Origin: Octopus bimaculoides | Lineage: Eukaryota | Reading direction: 5' to 3' | NCBI RefSeq assembly: GCF_001194135.2 | Contig: NC_068993.1 | Span: 2,125,622-2,189,621 of the forward strand | Length of the DNA stretch: 64,000 nucleotides | Shown here: positions 14,101 to 26,550 of the stretch, in pieces | Layout: every line of letters begins with the position of its first letter | Numbering within the stretch: the first letter of the stretch is position 1 | Made by a program: the position numbers and the translations under genes | The notes under the pieces: model-generated | What the model saw: the letters and a program-made list of their open reading frames with translations, nothing else | The model's database searches: none | What the model was told of the DNA's origin: nothing

Positions 14101-14689
14101 GACTGTTGAATTCGTTTCAGACAAATATAATCTGATAAACAGCATGCTTCGCCGTCTCTGTGTAACGAAATTAGAATTCATACTACAGCCATTGAAACAG
14201 TTTGAATATGGTTCTCAGAACAAATAAACTTGTTTTCTTTTCCAAATACAACAAATATTTCAAATTGATTCTTCTAATCAACATTGTGAATATATTTCAA
14301 GAACCAAATAATTCTTTCGTTTATTTTTGCCTTTCCAACTTTTCTATTCTTTAAATTGCACAGGAACCTGTTATTTTAGAATTGCCAATATTGAATAAAA
14401 TATAACATACATTATATATAATGTAGTGTAATACATACATACATACATGCATATATATATTCACACATATAGATATGTATGTATGTGCGTGCGCGTATAT
14501 ATATGTATGTATACATACGTACATACAGGCAGCACACAGGCACCCCCGCACACACATATGCCGCCTTGTATATCACAACTGATATTACACTGTCTCTAGA
14601 AAAGTTAGTAACCAGATATATGTAGAATGATGTAAACTAAAACACGATTAAGACAAGACGTTATTTCAATGCAAGTCTTGCTACTGACA

Positions 14690-15690
14690 GCTTGTGCTCC
14701 TCTCCTTGCTATATTGTCTAATACTAATGATAGTCATTTCAATATCTTTTATTCCAAACTCAGCTTCTTTTCCAAATAGATTCAACAGTTACTGAAGAGG
14801 CCTCATTTCCCAGGATGATGTTTCAATTCCTGTTCATTTCCGTTCCCTGCAATACATTGTATTCCAGATTGTCATTATATGATTTGGATTCTCTGTCGCA
14901 CATATCATGTCTACCTTTATATACGTCTGGTTAACATGTTCACATCATGAATTCAATTGGCTTTTCTTATGGAACACACATGTATGTTTTTTACGAAGAA
15001 ATATTTCAGTGCCAACACGAGAGTAGCTTCATCAATAGGCATCACATACTTTTCATTCTTGAACTGTTCTTGCATTATCAACGGACATTTACTTATCAAT
15101 AGTGATCATATTTAGATTGAAACAGTGTCTATTAGACTGTAAATCACAACATTTCATTAAATTATTAAGCAGAAATCACTCTCACCAACTCAGTATAGAG
15201 TTGATAAAGTGAGGTTTGTGATTATAATATCCAGTATCAGATTCAAATGCGTTTACTTGTGCATTTTAATCATGATCCTAACAAATTCCAACGCCATGAA
15301 ACACATATATACCATGAGTTTAGAAAACATATTCAATATATAAAACGTGTATTCCATTTCCTTCGCTGTTTATGGTTGGCATTGTTGTCGGCAAGTCTTT
15401 TTCTTCTCAGTGACATAACTTAATATTCAATAACAGTTTCATGGAATTCTTTTGTAGCAATTATCATTACGATTTGTTGGCAATTATCCAATACTTCTGA
15501 CACTATGTATAGACTTTAAATATGACCTCCTCACAGTCTCTGACGCTTCAGAAACGTTCACCTCTTATATTAAGGAATCCCAGCAACAATAAAGCCTTTG
15601 TGTGGATATGATAAGTATCTTCCATTATGGCATTATTCACTTTCTGCAAAGTTGGCATGATTTCGTGCATCATTAAAGTGATTGATTCAA
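14690..15690 (-). mobile_element. Heavily decayed piggyBac-like transposase remnant
   Basis: Motif fragments occur in the expected order across stops and frameshifts: LADNN, MPIDE, KPIEF, MCD..SKSY..NLE, LVLDN. These resemble the piggyBac HxxDN, IDE, KPxKxG, CD..GY and DN motifs. No TIR or TTAA identified. Confidence 0.35.
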
Positions 15691-18197
15691 CCAGATTTAT
15701 ATAAACATAGATAAACGGGGTTTAGGATTGGGGGAAATGAATGACAGGAATTAAGCGAGAGATTAAATTTGCTCATCTATTCAATTAACACTAATTACTT
15801 CAATTATCTTCCAGTTATTCGTACAAGCAACTTCCTCACTACAGATTTTCCTATTTATTAAGGAACATGAAATCCTATTTTGATGATCATTAATGCATTC
15901 CATAATTCTCTCACATTACATGACTGAAAAACCTAGGTCTTTGGAACAAAAATGTTGTTGCCAATCATAGCCGAATATTACCCAATAGCATGATCTACTA
16001 GGTTTTTGCAAATTGTTTTGCGTGACTACGTACTGTAAATAGAAACAGACAACATCTCAGCCGTCTCAATTTTGACCAAGTTAAACATTGAGGCTGTGGC
16101 AGTTGGAGAGATAGTAAATAAGTGAAGTATTATTACTGTTAAGAACAGTAATAATGAGGTGGCTAGCAAGATTTCTACCTAAACAGGTTTAATATGAAAT
16201 ATTTGAACAAAAGAAGGATAAAGATACAGCTTGCTAAAATTCAAAGCGAAAGCTTTAAAAAACCTACCTTCCAGTTATCGAGCACAAAATTTTACACAAG
16301 GGATCCGCTTCTGGCATGAATCTTCTACCATAGCTAAGTGTGTGTATCTTTGTATCAACACCTATAGTGACTAAATCCATCATTATCACCACCACTATTA
16401 TGAACAGCATCATAAATACCACCAGAACCACCAGCACCTCGACCATATTCATATTCATCATCATCATGGTTATCATAAGTTTTGAAATGTTTTCTAATAC
16501 AAACTAAGATTAGGAAAATAATCAGTTGAATATCGTGGCGAATGATATAAAAATTCTAAGTTTAGAAAGAAAAAGTAATATGAAAATGTCTCTTAAGTTG
16601 AATAATTTCAGAAAAAATATCATACAGATAAATGACAATTAAGTTACAAAGGTATTTAAAAGGAATCTCAACTTTTCAGCAGAAATTTTATATCTTCAAG
16701 GCATCCTTTTCGAAGGTTGCGGCTTGGGGGATTCTTTGAGAAAGACGGTGTTATTGACTTCTATCCGCCCTCGGCTTAGAAATTCTCTTGAAATAGAAGT
16801 CTAGTCTATTACATACACACTAACATATTCTTGCGACTTATTGTATTTTCTTAATCTCGCCCAGAGATATATAACGAATCACAGAGCAGGTATGCTAGTG
16901 AAAGAAATTCGAAATTGAATGAATGAAAATGAATATTATATTCGATAGATTCTTCTTTTAGTAATTCCTTTCAAATGCCATGTTGGCGAACGCCGTGTAT
17001 AGCATTTAATTTGACTTAAATACTCTCCTTTCATCTCTTGATTGGCAGGTCATATAGTAGACTTTCAAAACAGTCTGCGATGCGGTTAGAAGATGCAGAT
17101 TGCAATGATGGTTTCCTGTTTTTATATTTAGATAGCAAATCCTTAAATATTTGAAATATCTTCGTTAAGGATGAGACTTTTATCTCAAAACACACACAAC
17201 AATCATAAAAAATTATGAATACATCGGATATACACTCATACATACATACATACATACATACATACATACACATATGCATTTCGTCTACAATCTAAAAAGT
17301 AGGAAACTATGCCTTAATGGATACATCACGCAGACAATATTAATTCTTGTAAGATAACGTTTTATTGACACATATAAACACATAAATTTATGTAAGTCTG
17401 TTTTGTGGAATATCGGTGAAATGGAGGGAGGACAACATTTTCATGACGTCCACCAAATATCGTTAATTATACATCTGAGACAGTTTTAGATGTTGGAACA
17501 GAAATCAAATTTGTTTGGTAAACTGGGGAGAAGTGTGTTTATAAATTTATTTCCTTCTACTTTAAATATTCCAACAATGATAAAGAAAAAAATTATGGCA
17601 CAATGTTATCATTTTATCGCTTTTTCGTCTTTCGATTCTATGTATTTTCCTAGAAGCTTCAGAAATACAAGATATGCTGCTATGATATGCAAAGTCTGTC
17701 TATTTATAATGGAAAATGGAATTACATAGCTAAATCTACGATTTTCTATTTACCTGAAAATAGACTCGAGTTTTCTGTTGCCGTCTGAAGACATTTAGAA
17801 ACAGATATACGCAATCTATATCTAAGGGCTCTTAATGTTAAATGTCAGCAAGAGAAATATAGTAAATATTTTTTGTATAGAATATAAAAATAAAAAGAAA
17901 AACAGTTAAGAAATAGTGAGTATAGTGAACGGTATTTGAGGATAATTAACTAAATATGTGACAGTGGTGAGAAAATGATGTTTGAGTCTACATGTTTGAC
18001 GCAGATTTCATAATATTTATTTGTAGGAAATGTCATTTAATTTCAAGGATAGGTGACTGAAGTCGTTTGTCAGTTTCAATAGCTGCAATGTTTTGAGAAA
18101 TATACTGCATAAAGTTTTTTCGTCAGCCTCATTCATACCAATCGTCTAGAGAGAGAGAGAGGGGGGAGATAAAAAGTAGGGGATAGCNNNNNNNNNN

Positions 18198-18230
<33 letters not shown>

Positions 18231-18960
18231 GTATATGTAAATATGTATATATACATATATATTTACACATACAAAATATATATAGACATACATATACAAA
18301 ATATATATAGACATACATATACAAAATATTTAAATACACAAATATATATATGTGTGTGTGCGTGGTGGGGTTTTGACCAATGAATATGGTATTCATGTCA
18401 AATACTGATATAATATAATTATGATTTCATTAAAATATCATGTTTCTAGAAAAAAAAAACGTGGTTAGTTATGTATTTGTTCGTATAGAAATGGCTCTTT
18501 ATTGTTCGAATAGAAAATTAGTATTCATGCTGTGAATTTGGTAAACAAGCGAAGTTGCAGAGACTGAAAGAGTTAATATTTGGAATATGGAAATTCAAAG
18601 TCTTTAGAAGAAGACTGAGGTCAAATTCTGTAAACGGTGCTGATCAATATTTGCTGGACTACAGTAATCTCAAAATTGTATTTCTAGGTAGTTAACAACA
18701 AAATATCCTGAATTAACTGCTGAAATCATTTATATTTCGGAGATGAGCTCATTCAAAATCTGAATTGCTACTCCAGCATTTGTGTTGAAAGCTATAAGAA
18801 ACGAAGGGTAGAACTTCGAAGTGGTGCAAGTTTGATGCATAAACACATACGCAAGTACATGCAAATAAGTAAATATTAAATATCTAGCTGTGAGAGAATA
18901 TATGTATATAAATGTAAACACCTTCCTTGTAGGTTTTAATGTGCATAGAATATTCAGTTA

Positions 18961-18997
<37 letters not shown>

Positions 18998-20224
18998 AGA
19001 AGGAAAAAGAAAGTAGAAAGATTCAGACAATGTGGAAAGTTTAGCAAGACCTTTGTATTTCAGGCGCAAGATCCATCTCCAGTAGAAAAGAACAATCGAC
19101 GAAAAGTCCAGTTATGTAGGTTCTGGTAACCCATTCAACTGCCCAAAGCATTTATAAAGTCTAAAACTTTCCACTTCCTCTCTTTTTTCTTCGACATTAC
19201 AATGCTTCAAGCGAACTACAACGCTCTTTTATAGATGACGATAATGAAATATAGAAAGACATTTCGTTTAAAAATTATGGTATGCAGGGAGTAATAAATG
19301 TTTAAAAAAGAAATTTTGGTACCAGACTTTTAAGGTGGAAAATAACCCAGATTTTGACTGACAGTAATTATAGAAACGTTAAAATTGTGTGTAACTGTGT
19401 CTTTAATTCTATGTCCATAGATGTATGTGTAAATAAGGTTTTAAATTTGTGCATGGAAGTTAAGTGTACCACACAGACTCAATTTCTGTCCGAGCCAAAT
19501 TATTTGACCTCATGAAATATTTGAGCTTACTCCGACGAAGACAGAAAGTGATACACAATTACTCAGCTCTGAGAGCATTCCATCTCATGTCCTCTTGTAA
19601 TTTATTCAATTTCTCATATATACATACATATATATGTATTATATGTACTATATATGCGTGTGTGTGTGTCTGTGCCTGTGTGACTGTGCAGGTATGTATG
19701 TGTTTATGTATGCATGTATATACACATGCAAATTATATCGCATACAAGGGTGTATCGGAAGATATAAGTTTAACTGAAGAATTTGTTTTGAATTGTCAAA
19801 CATATTCCTGTTACGTAAGAAATTAGTTATTAATGAAAGTTTCCATCATTGATATATTCTTAACATGTGCATCAGCGATGCACAGCTGAATTAAGTATAG
19901 AAACGGAGCGAAGTTCTTTATTGGAGAACTTATTAGCTGGAAAATGGAATGTCCTCTAGTTAACTTTGTTATTGTTTAATCTAATATTTATTCCGAAATA
20001 GATATAAATGGATAGTTATAACAACACTTATTCACGCCAACCTATGCACTAAGACCAGCAGTCTTTCATAGAATGTATTATAACAAATCCCAATATTACT
20101 GCAACAGCATCTGATTTGCTGCTAGACACCACTGAAATACAAAGCCAAGTATGGCATTATAATGGCAAGCTAGCAACTATCAGCTAAGAGATGGAGAAAT
20201 GAAAACAGGAGAACAGAAATAAAA

Positions 20225-20680
20225 CCAATTCATTGATTAAATTAGAGTCATTAGGTATAGTTGTAGGGGTTGTCTTATACAGATTTTGCAATTTCATTCG
20301 TATATAAGAGAAAAGTGATTTGAAATTTTCTTAGCGTTCAATTTAGATAGCTGGAACAATGAAAGAATTTCTGTGCGGCTCGGATTTATGTTCTTGCAAG
20401 GAAATCTCTTCTTATGTCGATGATCTGATGAATGGTTTCAATAAAAGATCAAGCCAGCGTCTTCCGGTGCACAACTTAATGGAGTTTAAGTAGTTTCCAT
20501 GTTTAGTCTTTATAAAGAAAGTTTCCATATTATGGCTAGCAATCTCAACGAATGCATTTCAAATGCGTTCTGTATTACGGTGGCCGGAAGGAGAATGCTA
20601 TAGTGAACCAGCGAAATCACTAACAAAACTCGATAATGGTCATGTAGAAGAAATGGTGAGCGGAGAAGCTATATGGAAAT
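20225..20680 (+). mobile_element. Decayed CR1/L2-like LINE reverse-transcriptase fragment
   Basis: SLIKLESLGI...FCNFIR (LLxKLxxxGIxG...FL motif) and SSYVDDL (YADD motif), with many stops. Confidence 0.4.
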
Positions 20681-21340
20681 TAAAATAAATACCAGTAATA
20701 AGTGTAGAGAGGACTTAATTAATTTCGTTTCCAATATTTAAACATGAATTTCTTCTTCGAAATAGTTTCGTTATATATAAACTTACGACGATACAGGCAT
20801 TTTCTGAGGAGTGCTAAATATAGATTAGGAAATATGTAGAAATGAGACACATAAATAGAGAGGCTGAATTATGAGAAGAACCAGGTAAATATTGTACAAG
20901 CGCACACTTAGACATTCACAAACACACACGTGTGTGTGTGTAAGGGAGAGAGAATGTTAAGCTTATACTGACATAAAGCAAAAACTTAGAACCAATTAAC
21001 GAAATTAGAAATTGCGAACTTATGAATGAAGTGAAAAAAAAGGTCTGAATACAAATCGCTGATGAAATAATTGCTCGAGTAATACATATATCAATTAAAT
21101 ATAAGGATAAAATCTATATCAGATTTTATCAAGTAACCAGCGTGTAAAACCAATTAAGGTAAAATATTAATACTAAGTAAAGAATTTTTTTTTTAAATAC
21201 ATTATTACCTTAAGGGCTGCTACTATAAGTAAAGTTACACGCTGGAAAAGGACGCTAAAGTCAAACTACTTTATAGAAAATATACACACGCGCTGAAGTC
21301 GAGGAGATGAACAAAAAAAAAAAAAGGTTCTTTTATTTAT

Positions 21341-21418
21341 CAGCTCAGTTGCATATCGAAACGATTTCATGGTCAGCGCTGTAACACGCTCTCCACTCGT
21401 CAGTGCAAACATAGCCAG
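21341..21418 (-). ncRNA. Type I hammerhead ribozyme motif with intact core
   Basis: Minus strand: ...gtttgca CUGACGA gtgg-ag-agcgt(gttaca)gcgct-ga-ccat GAAA tcg(ttt)cga UA tgcaa... Stem I 5 bp, stem II 4+5 bp, stem III 3 bp plus A15.1-U16.1. AUA triplet; predicted cut between 21354 and 21353. Confidence 0.75.
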
Positions 21419-21430
21419 AATATAAAAATA

Positions 21431-21631
21431 TAAACACTTTTACATACCATACGAACATAACGTATCCACAGAGTGTTCACGCTTATACATCCATGAAAGG
21501 ATTTCTATCTTGTTCATCTCAGCCATCTCAGACTAGATGGACAAGATAGAAACCCTTCCATGGATGTATAACTGAACATTTGTATATACTCTGTGGATAC
21601 GTTGTGTTCATATGGTATGTATAAGTGTTTA
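21431..21631. repeat. About 200-bp imperfect inverted repeat (fold-back/MITE-like)
   Basis: Left arm 21431-21519 matches the reverse complement of 21535-21631, with a few substitutions, a 10-nt indel and a 2-nt indel; ends TA-AACAC...GTGTT-TA. Confidence 0.92.
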
Positions 21632-23050
21632 CACTACACACAAAACACACACAACATATAAATACACGCACACACGTACATACATACGCACACACATACT
21701 TCAAATTGTCAACTAAATACCTCTCTACTGACCATTCCCCTACGCACATATATGTATGTGTGCGTGTGTGTGTGTGTATATATACATACATACACTCACA
21801 TAGATATATATTTATGAATATGTGAGTGTGTATATATGTGAATAAACACATTTACACATACACTTTCACACACACATTAGTACGCGCGCAAGTGACTGAA
21901 TATTCCATAGTCATATGTTGTCTTTCCGTAAATCCTTTTTCGATGTGTAGAATATGTTGGCGAACCTTACTCTTGTTGGTGGGAATACATGGAACCAAAT
22001 CTTTAAGTCTACAGTGTAATGCCTCAACTCGTTTCCGATGCTGACAAACGTATTCTCTCTATAATGACAAACGTATTCTCTCTATAATGTGAGTATATCT
22101 CTGCACCTTTCTTCTCCTTTTATTGATGTGGGAATTAATGGCATATTCACCTCTACTCTAAATACTAGCAACAAAACCTTATCTTCCGGCGCATCCGTTA
22201 TGTACGATATTATTTTGATTCCGTTTGTTCTGACAATGAAAGATGAATGAAAAAAAAATCCGACAACAATCAATAGGTTGTGTCCATGTCACTAATCCAC
22301 AGAAATGACGTTGATCGATCAATAACATCAAAGTATCTGAAAACAGACATTTTCCCACTACTTCTTAACTACACGTGAATAATTACGAGCATGCTGAGGA
22401 AATATCTTTTGTTTCTCTTTTTTTTACTACGAAAGTTGGTTCCCGTCTTTAGATTATAACCTGTGCGGAAGGAACATTTTTCTTCTCTCGCTAATTTCGT
22501 TTTATTTTGTACAAAGTATATAATATATAAAAATGGTATATTCCATCTAGAATAAGTCACTCCCTGACTTCAGCAACAATGGCTCGAGTATCATCAACAT
22601 CAACGTAACTATAAGTGCAACAAACGCTTATAGCTATGTTGCGAGAATTTTAAGAATATCGACTTAAAAGCAGCAACTTAGCATTAAAGAAAATGAAAGC
22701 AAGATCAAAGAAACAGCACCGACAGCGCTGATAACATGCGCAACAAACGTAGAGCTGCAAACTGAGTTTGATATCAACAGGATCACAATATTTCCTCTAT
22801 TAAGATATATCGGGTAACTAAACAAAGAATAAATCTTATTTAGAAAATTTTCCGGAATGTATTTAGGACAAAAGGAGGTCAGCAGAGCACAAAACTATGT
22901 TTGCCAATGAACAAGAGAGAAGCAATCTTTCTGAAAAAGCGTTTGACACGATTTGGATGCACGCATGCGATCTTCTCTACATGCAAGAATTTACTGATGC
23001 TCACTCAGTCACAGAGACAGACACACTTACACCCACACATGTATGCACAC

Positions 23051-23088
<38 letters not shown>

Positions 23089-24289
23089 NNNNNNNNNNNN
23101 NNNNNNNNNNNNNNNNNNNNNNNNNNNNNNNNNNNTATATATATGTAAATTTAAATAATAATGGTAAGAATTGATATTAATTAAATTAATATCAATTGAA
23201 ACCAGAGGCCTAGCGTATTGAAAAAATTCTGAAGATTCAGAAAATTATATTACATACATATAAGAGGAATGACCACTAGGCGGATTCCTAATATGCTAAA
23301 GATATTGTATCACGCTGCAATATGTATTTACATCACCTTATATATTTTGCCTAAGTTTTCACCTGCATCGTTTTAAAATATGTTCCAGTTCAGTGTTTAT
23401 CTTAGAGTCTATCTTCTGAGTATGATAACACATTTATAACTTTATCTGCCGGAAGTTCCCCGTTCGTTGACCTATTGTCGTCTTTGTTTCTTTCTTTTGA
23501 TCCTGTGAGACAACATAGCACAAGAATTCATTGAGATAGATTTGCATGTCCAGTCGCTTTTATGTTGTACATGTCGAGTAATCTTCTTGAAGTAGTCGGC
23601 ATAATTCAATACAGGTTTGTTAGTTCTAGCTATAGCATTGAACATTTTCACCCATTAATGGATACAATTAGCCTCACATTATCTCCAAGCAATTGTGAAC
23701 GTTCATTTCATTTATGTGTTATAAAATTATGACTGAGATTAATAAATATTTCAACAAAATTTACTTTTAATATCATTACACGTTAGTAATATAATTACGA
23801 CCGAAATATATGGGTATAAAATGACAGTAATCTGGAAGTCTGAAACTTTTATAATTCTGCAAATATCGCGAGAGAGAAGACTTCAGATAAAATATTATCT
23901 AAGGAAATATATTTTCCACTTATCTACAAATAGTTCAATATCCTTTGCAACGCTAATCTAAGCTTCTGTTTTTTTTTTAAATATTTGTTTTCTTTTGCCG
24001 AAAATTTCTATTTGTAATGTTTAGCAATTTCATACTTGAATATCGTAATATAATTTACAAAACTAATTTCCACAGAAAAGTAGTTATATCTTTACTTGCC
24101 CTTCCTTGTTACTGCTGTTGTTGTTGTAGTTGTTGTTATTGTTGTATATTTGGCAGATTTGTTTCATATCAAGCCATTCGTTTTCCTATATTGTTTTCCG
24201 AGAATTTGATTATTCGACTACTCTCCCTCAAATTCCCTTTCTCTTCTCTAATTGACACACACATATAAATTCATACATATATATACATA

Positions 24290-24295
24290 GATAAA

Positions 24296-24375
<80 letters not shown>

Positions 24376-24474
24376 CGGGCGCGTGTGTATTGAAGCATAT
24401 GTATATATATATATCAGTATCGATATCTGTATCTATATATCTATATCTACCTACCAACCTACCTACCTACCTAC

Positions 24475-24546
<72 letters not shown>

Positions 24547-24660
24547 GTGTGTGTGTGTGCGTGTATATATGTGTGTGTATAATAATATATATTATAATTT
24601 ACATATACATACATGTGTAGATATATGTGTGTGCTTTGTGTGTGCATGAGTGTGTGTCCA
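24290..24660. repeat. Compound (CA)n-(TA)n-(TACC)n-(TATC)n-(TG)n microsatellite
   Basis: Direct reading. Confidence 0.95.
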
Positions 24661-26194
24661 AGCGCGTACTAAACAGCTGAAGTGTGGATATCTGCACCTA
24701 TATCAATTTATCTAAACGTCTGTTCCATGCACTCGTTCTGTTTATCGTGCACATAGATGAAAAATCTAGATACATAAACAAGTACACACCTAGATACATA
24801 TGTATATAAACATACATACATACATACAAGTATATCCGTAGTAATGGAGAGAATCATCGACTTTAGACAAACTCCAATATTTATATGGAATTCTGCAAAG
24901 AGAAACCAATATACATGTGCGCGCGCGCGTCTTCGCATGTGCGTTCGTGTAGATGTGTTTGTATGTTTATGATGATTACATGTTCATACTTGTGTGACTT
25001 GCAGTAATGCGAAAAACAATTTTCAATACTTGTAGGCTGAAATAATATTTATTCAAATTTGGGTTTGCCGGAGTCGCTACTCAGGCAATTGTTTTTCTTT
25101 TTTCTGCCTTTTTTGAGATTCATTCGTAAGGCGAACTGATAACTGTAAATGGAAAATTCCGAGTAGCTATTTCCGCAGACTCAGCAGAGCAGGCTATACA
25201 TTAATAGTTCCAGGAGATATCAGTTATGCATGTTACGCATTACGGACGAAAGTCCCTGCATTAAACAAACAACATCAAAGGGATATTTAAATACATAATG
25301 ATGAGATTTTGTTGGCGGTTGTAACCAAGAGAATCCTGTTAAAGCAGGAATAACATTCATGTTCATTGGAGTATGTTTCATCCTTCCAATATTTCGACGT
25401 AACTATCCCTTTTACAGGAGTGTTGTTGTTACCACACAGCCACCTGTAGAGTCCCTTACTTACAAAGAAGGTTTCTCATAAGCCTAATACAAGTGACGAA
25501 TAAACATTATGGGTCCACCTTTTCAGCGCTTTATCTAACATTTAATTTTTAAGTAATTAGTAAAGATATATTCAAATTGCATTCGTTTAAAGTTTAATAA
25601 CAACGAAAATTGGCCACCTTAACGGATATAAGCAGTATGACTAAATATTGTGTAAATATATCATACCCCTAAGACGAGATTGTACATGTCAAAAAACTAA
25701 GACTAGCGTTATGTTATCTTTAGACTGCAATATCCTTTGACCTCTAGAGAAATATCGCTCAGGTAGAATACGTGACTAATTTGTGAAATTGGAGGTCGCA
25801 AATTTACCGTTACTGGCTCATATACAAACAATACATACATGTACTATGCACCCACGCACACAGACACACATATACACATACACACATACATACACACACA
25901 TACATATATACTTATGTATATATAAATGATATTTAACTCTCACCTTATGGTGCAGCTTCTTGTTTATCATACAAATAATGAAACACTCCACTATATATAG
26001 AGAGAGATACATCCATACACATGTATATGAACTATACATATAAACATTTACTCTGTTTCTCAAATAATAGGTTATGGTCTAACTTAAAATTCAAAAGGGT
26101 CAAATGTCCTTTTCGATCTTTTCACAAGGAACGTTTCCTGGATTCTTTGGTGAATTTATTACCGTATGGACAAGTTGTCAGTTCATCGCAAGAT

Positions 26195-26245
26195 AAGTTA
26201 TTTTTACCTGCTGAGCGGACTTGTGCAACGTGAAATGAAGTATTA
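26195..26245 (-). mobile_element. Short decayed fragment of the SINE core seen at 28534-28863
   Basis: Minus strand tttcacgttgcacaagtccgctcagcaggtaaaaat resembles tctcacgttgctccagtccactccgctggcaaaaat. Confidence 0.45.
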
Positions 26246-26494
26246 TGTTCAATAACACAACGGATCGCTCGGTCCACGAAACGAAACCACAATCTTACGA
26301 TAACGAGAAAGGTTGCAGCATCTTAAACACGAAGCTACGCGCCTCCACAATTTGTGATTACACTAATGTAAATGAATTCTATCTATTATCTACCAGTATA
26401 CACTTTAATAATTCTGATATCGTATTGTGTACTTATCATATGGCAATTATTTGTTTATAGCTATATGATATATATGTGTATGTGTGCATGTATG

Positions 26495-26550
<56 letters not shown>

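Noticed and set aside
17775-17815. CUGAAGA...GAAA with partial stem I (ttgccgt/acgcaa)
   Set aside because: No stem II pairing, stem III mismatch, misplaced NUH; at best a decayed relic
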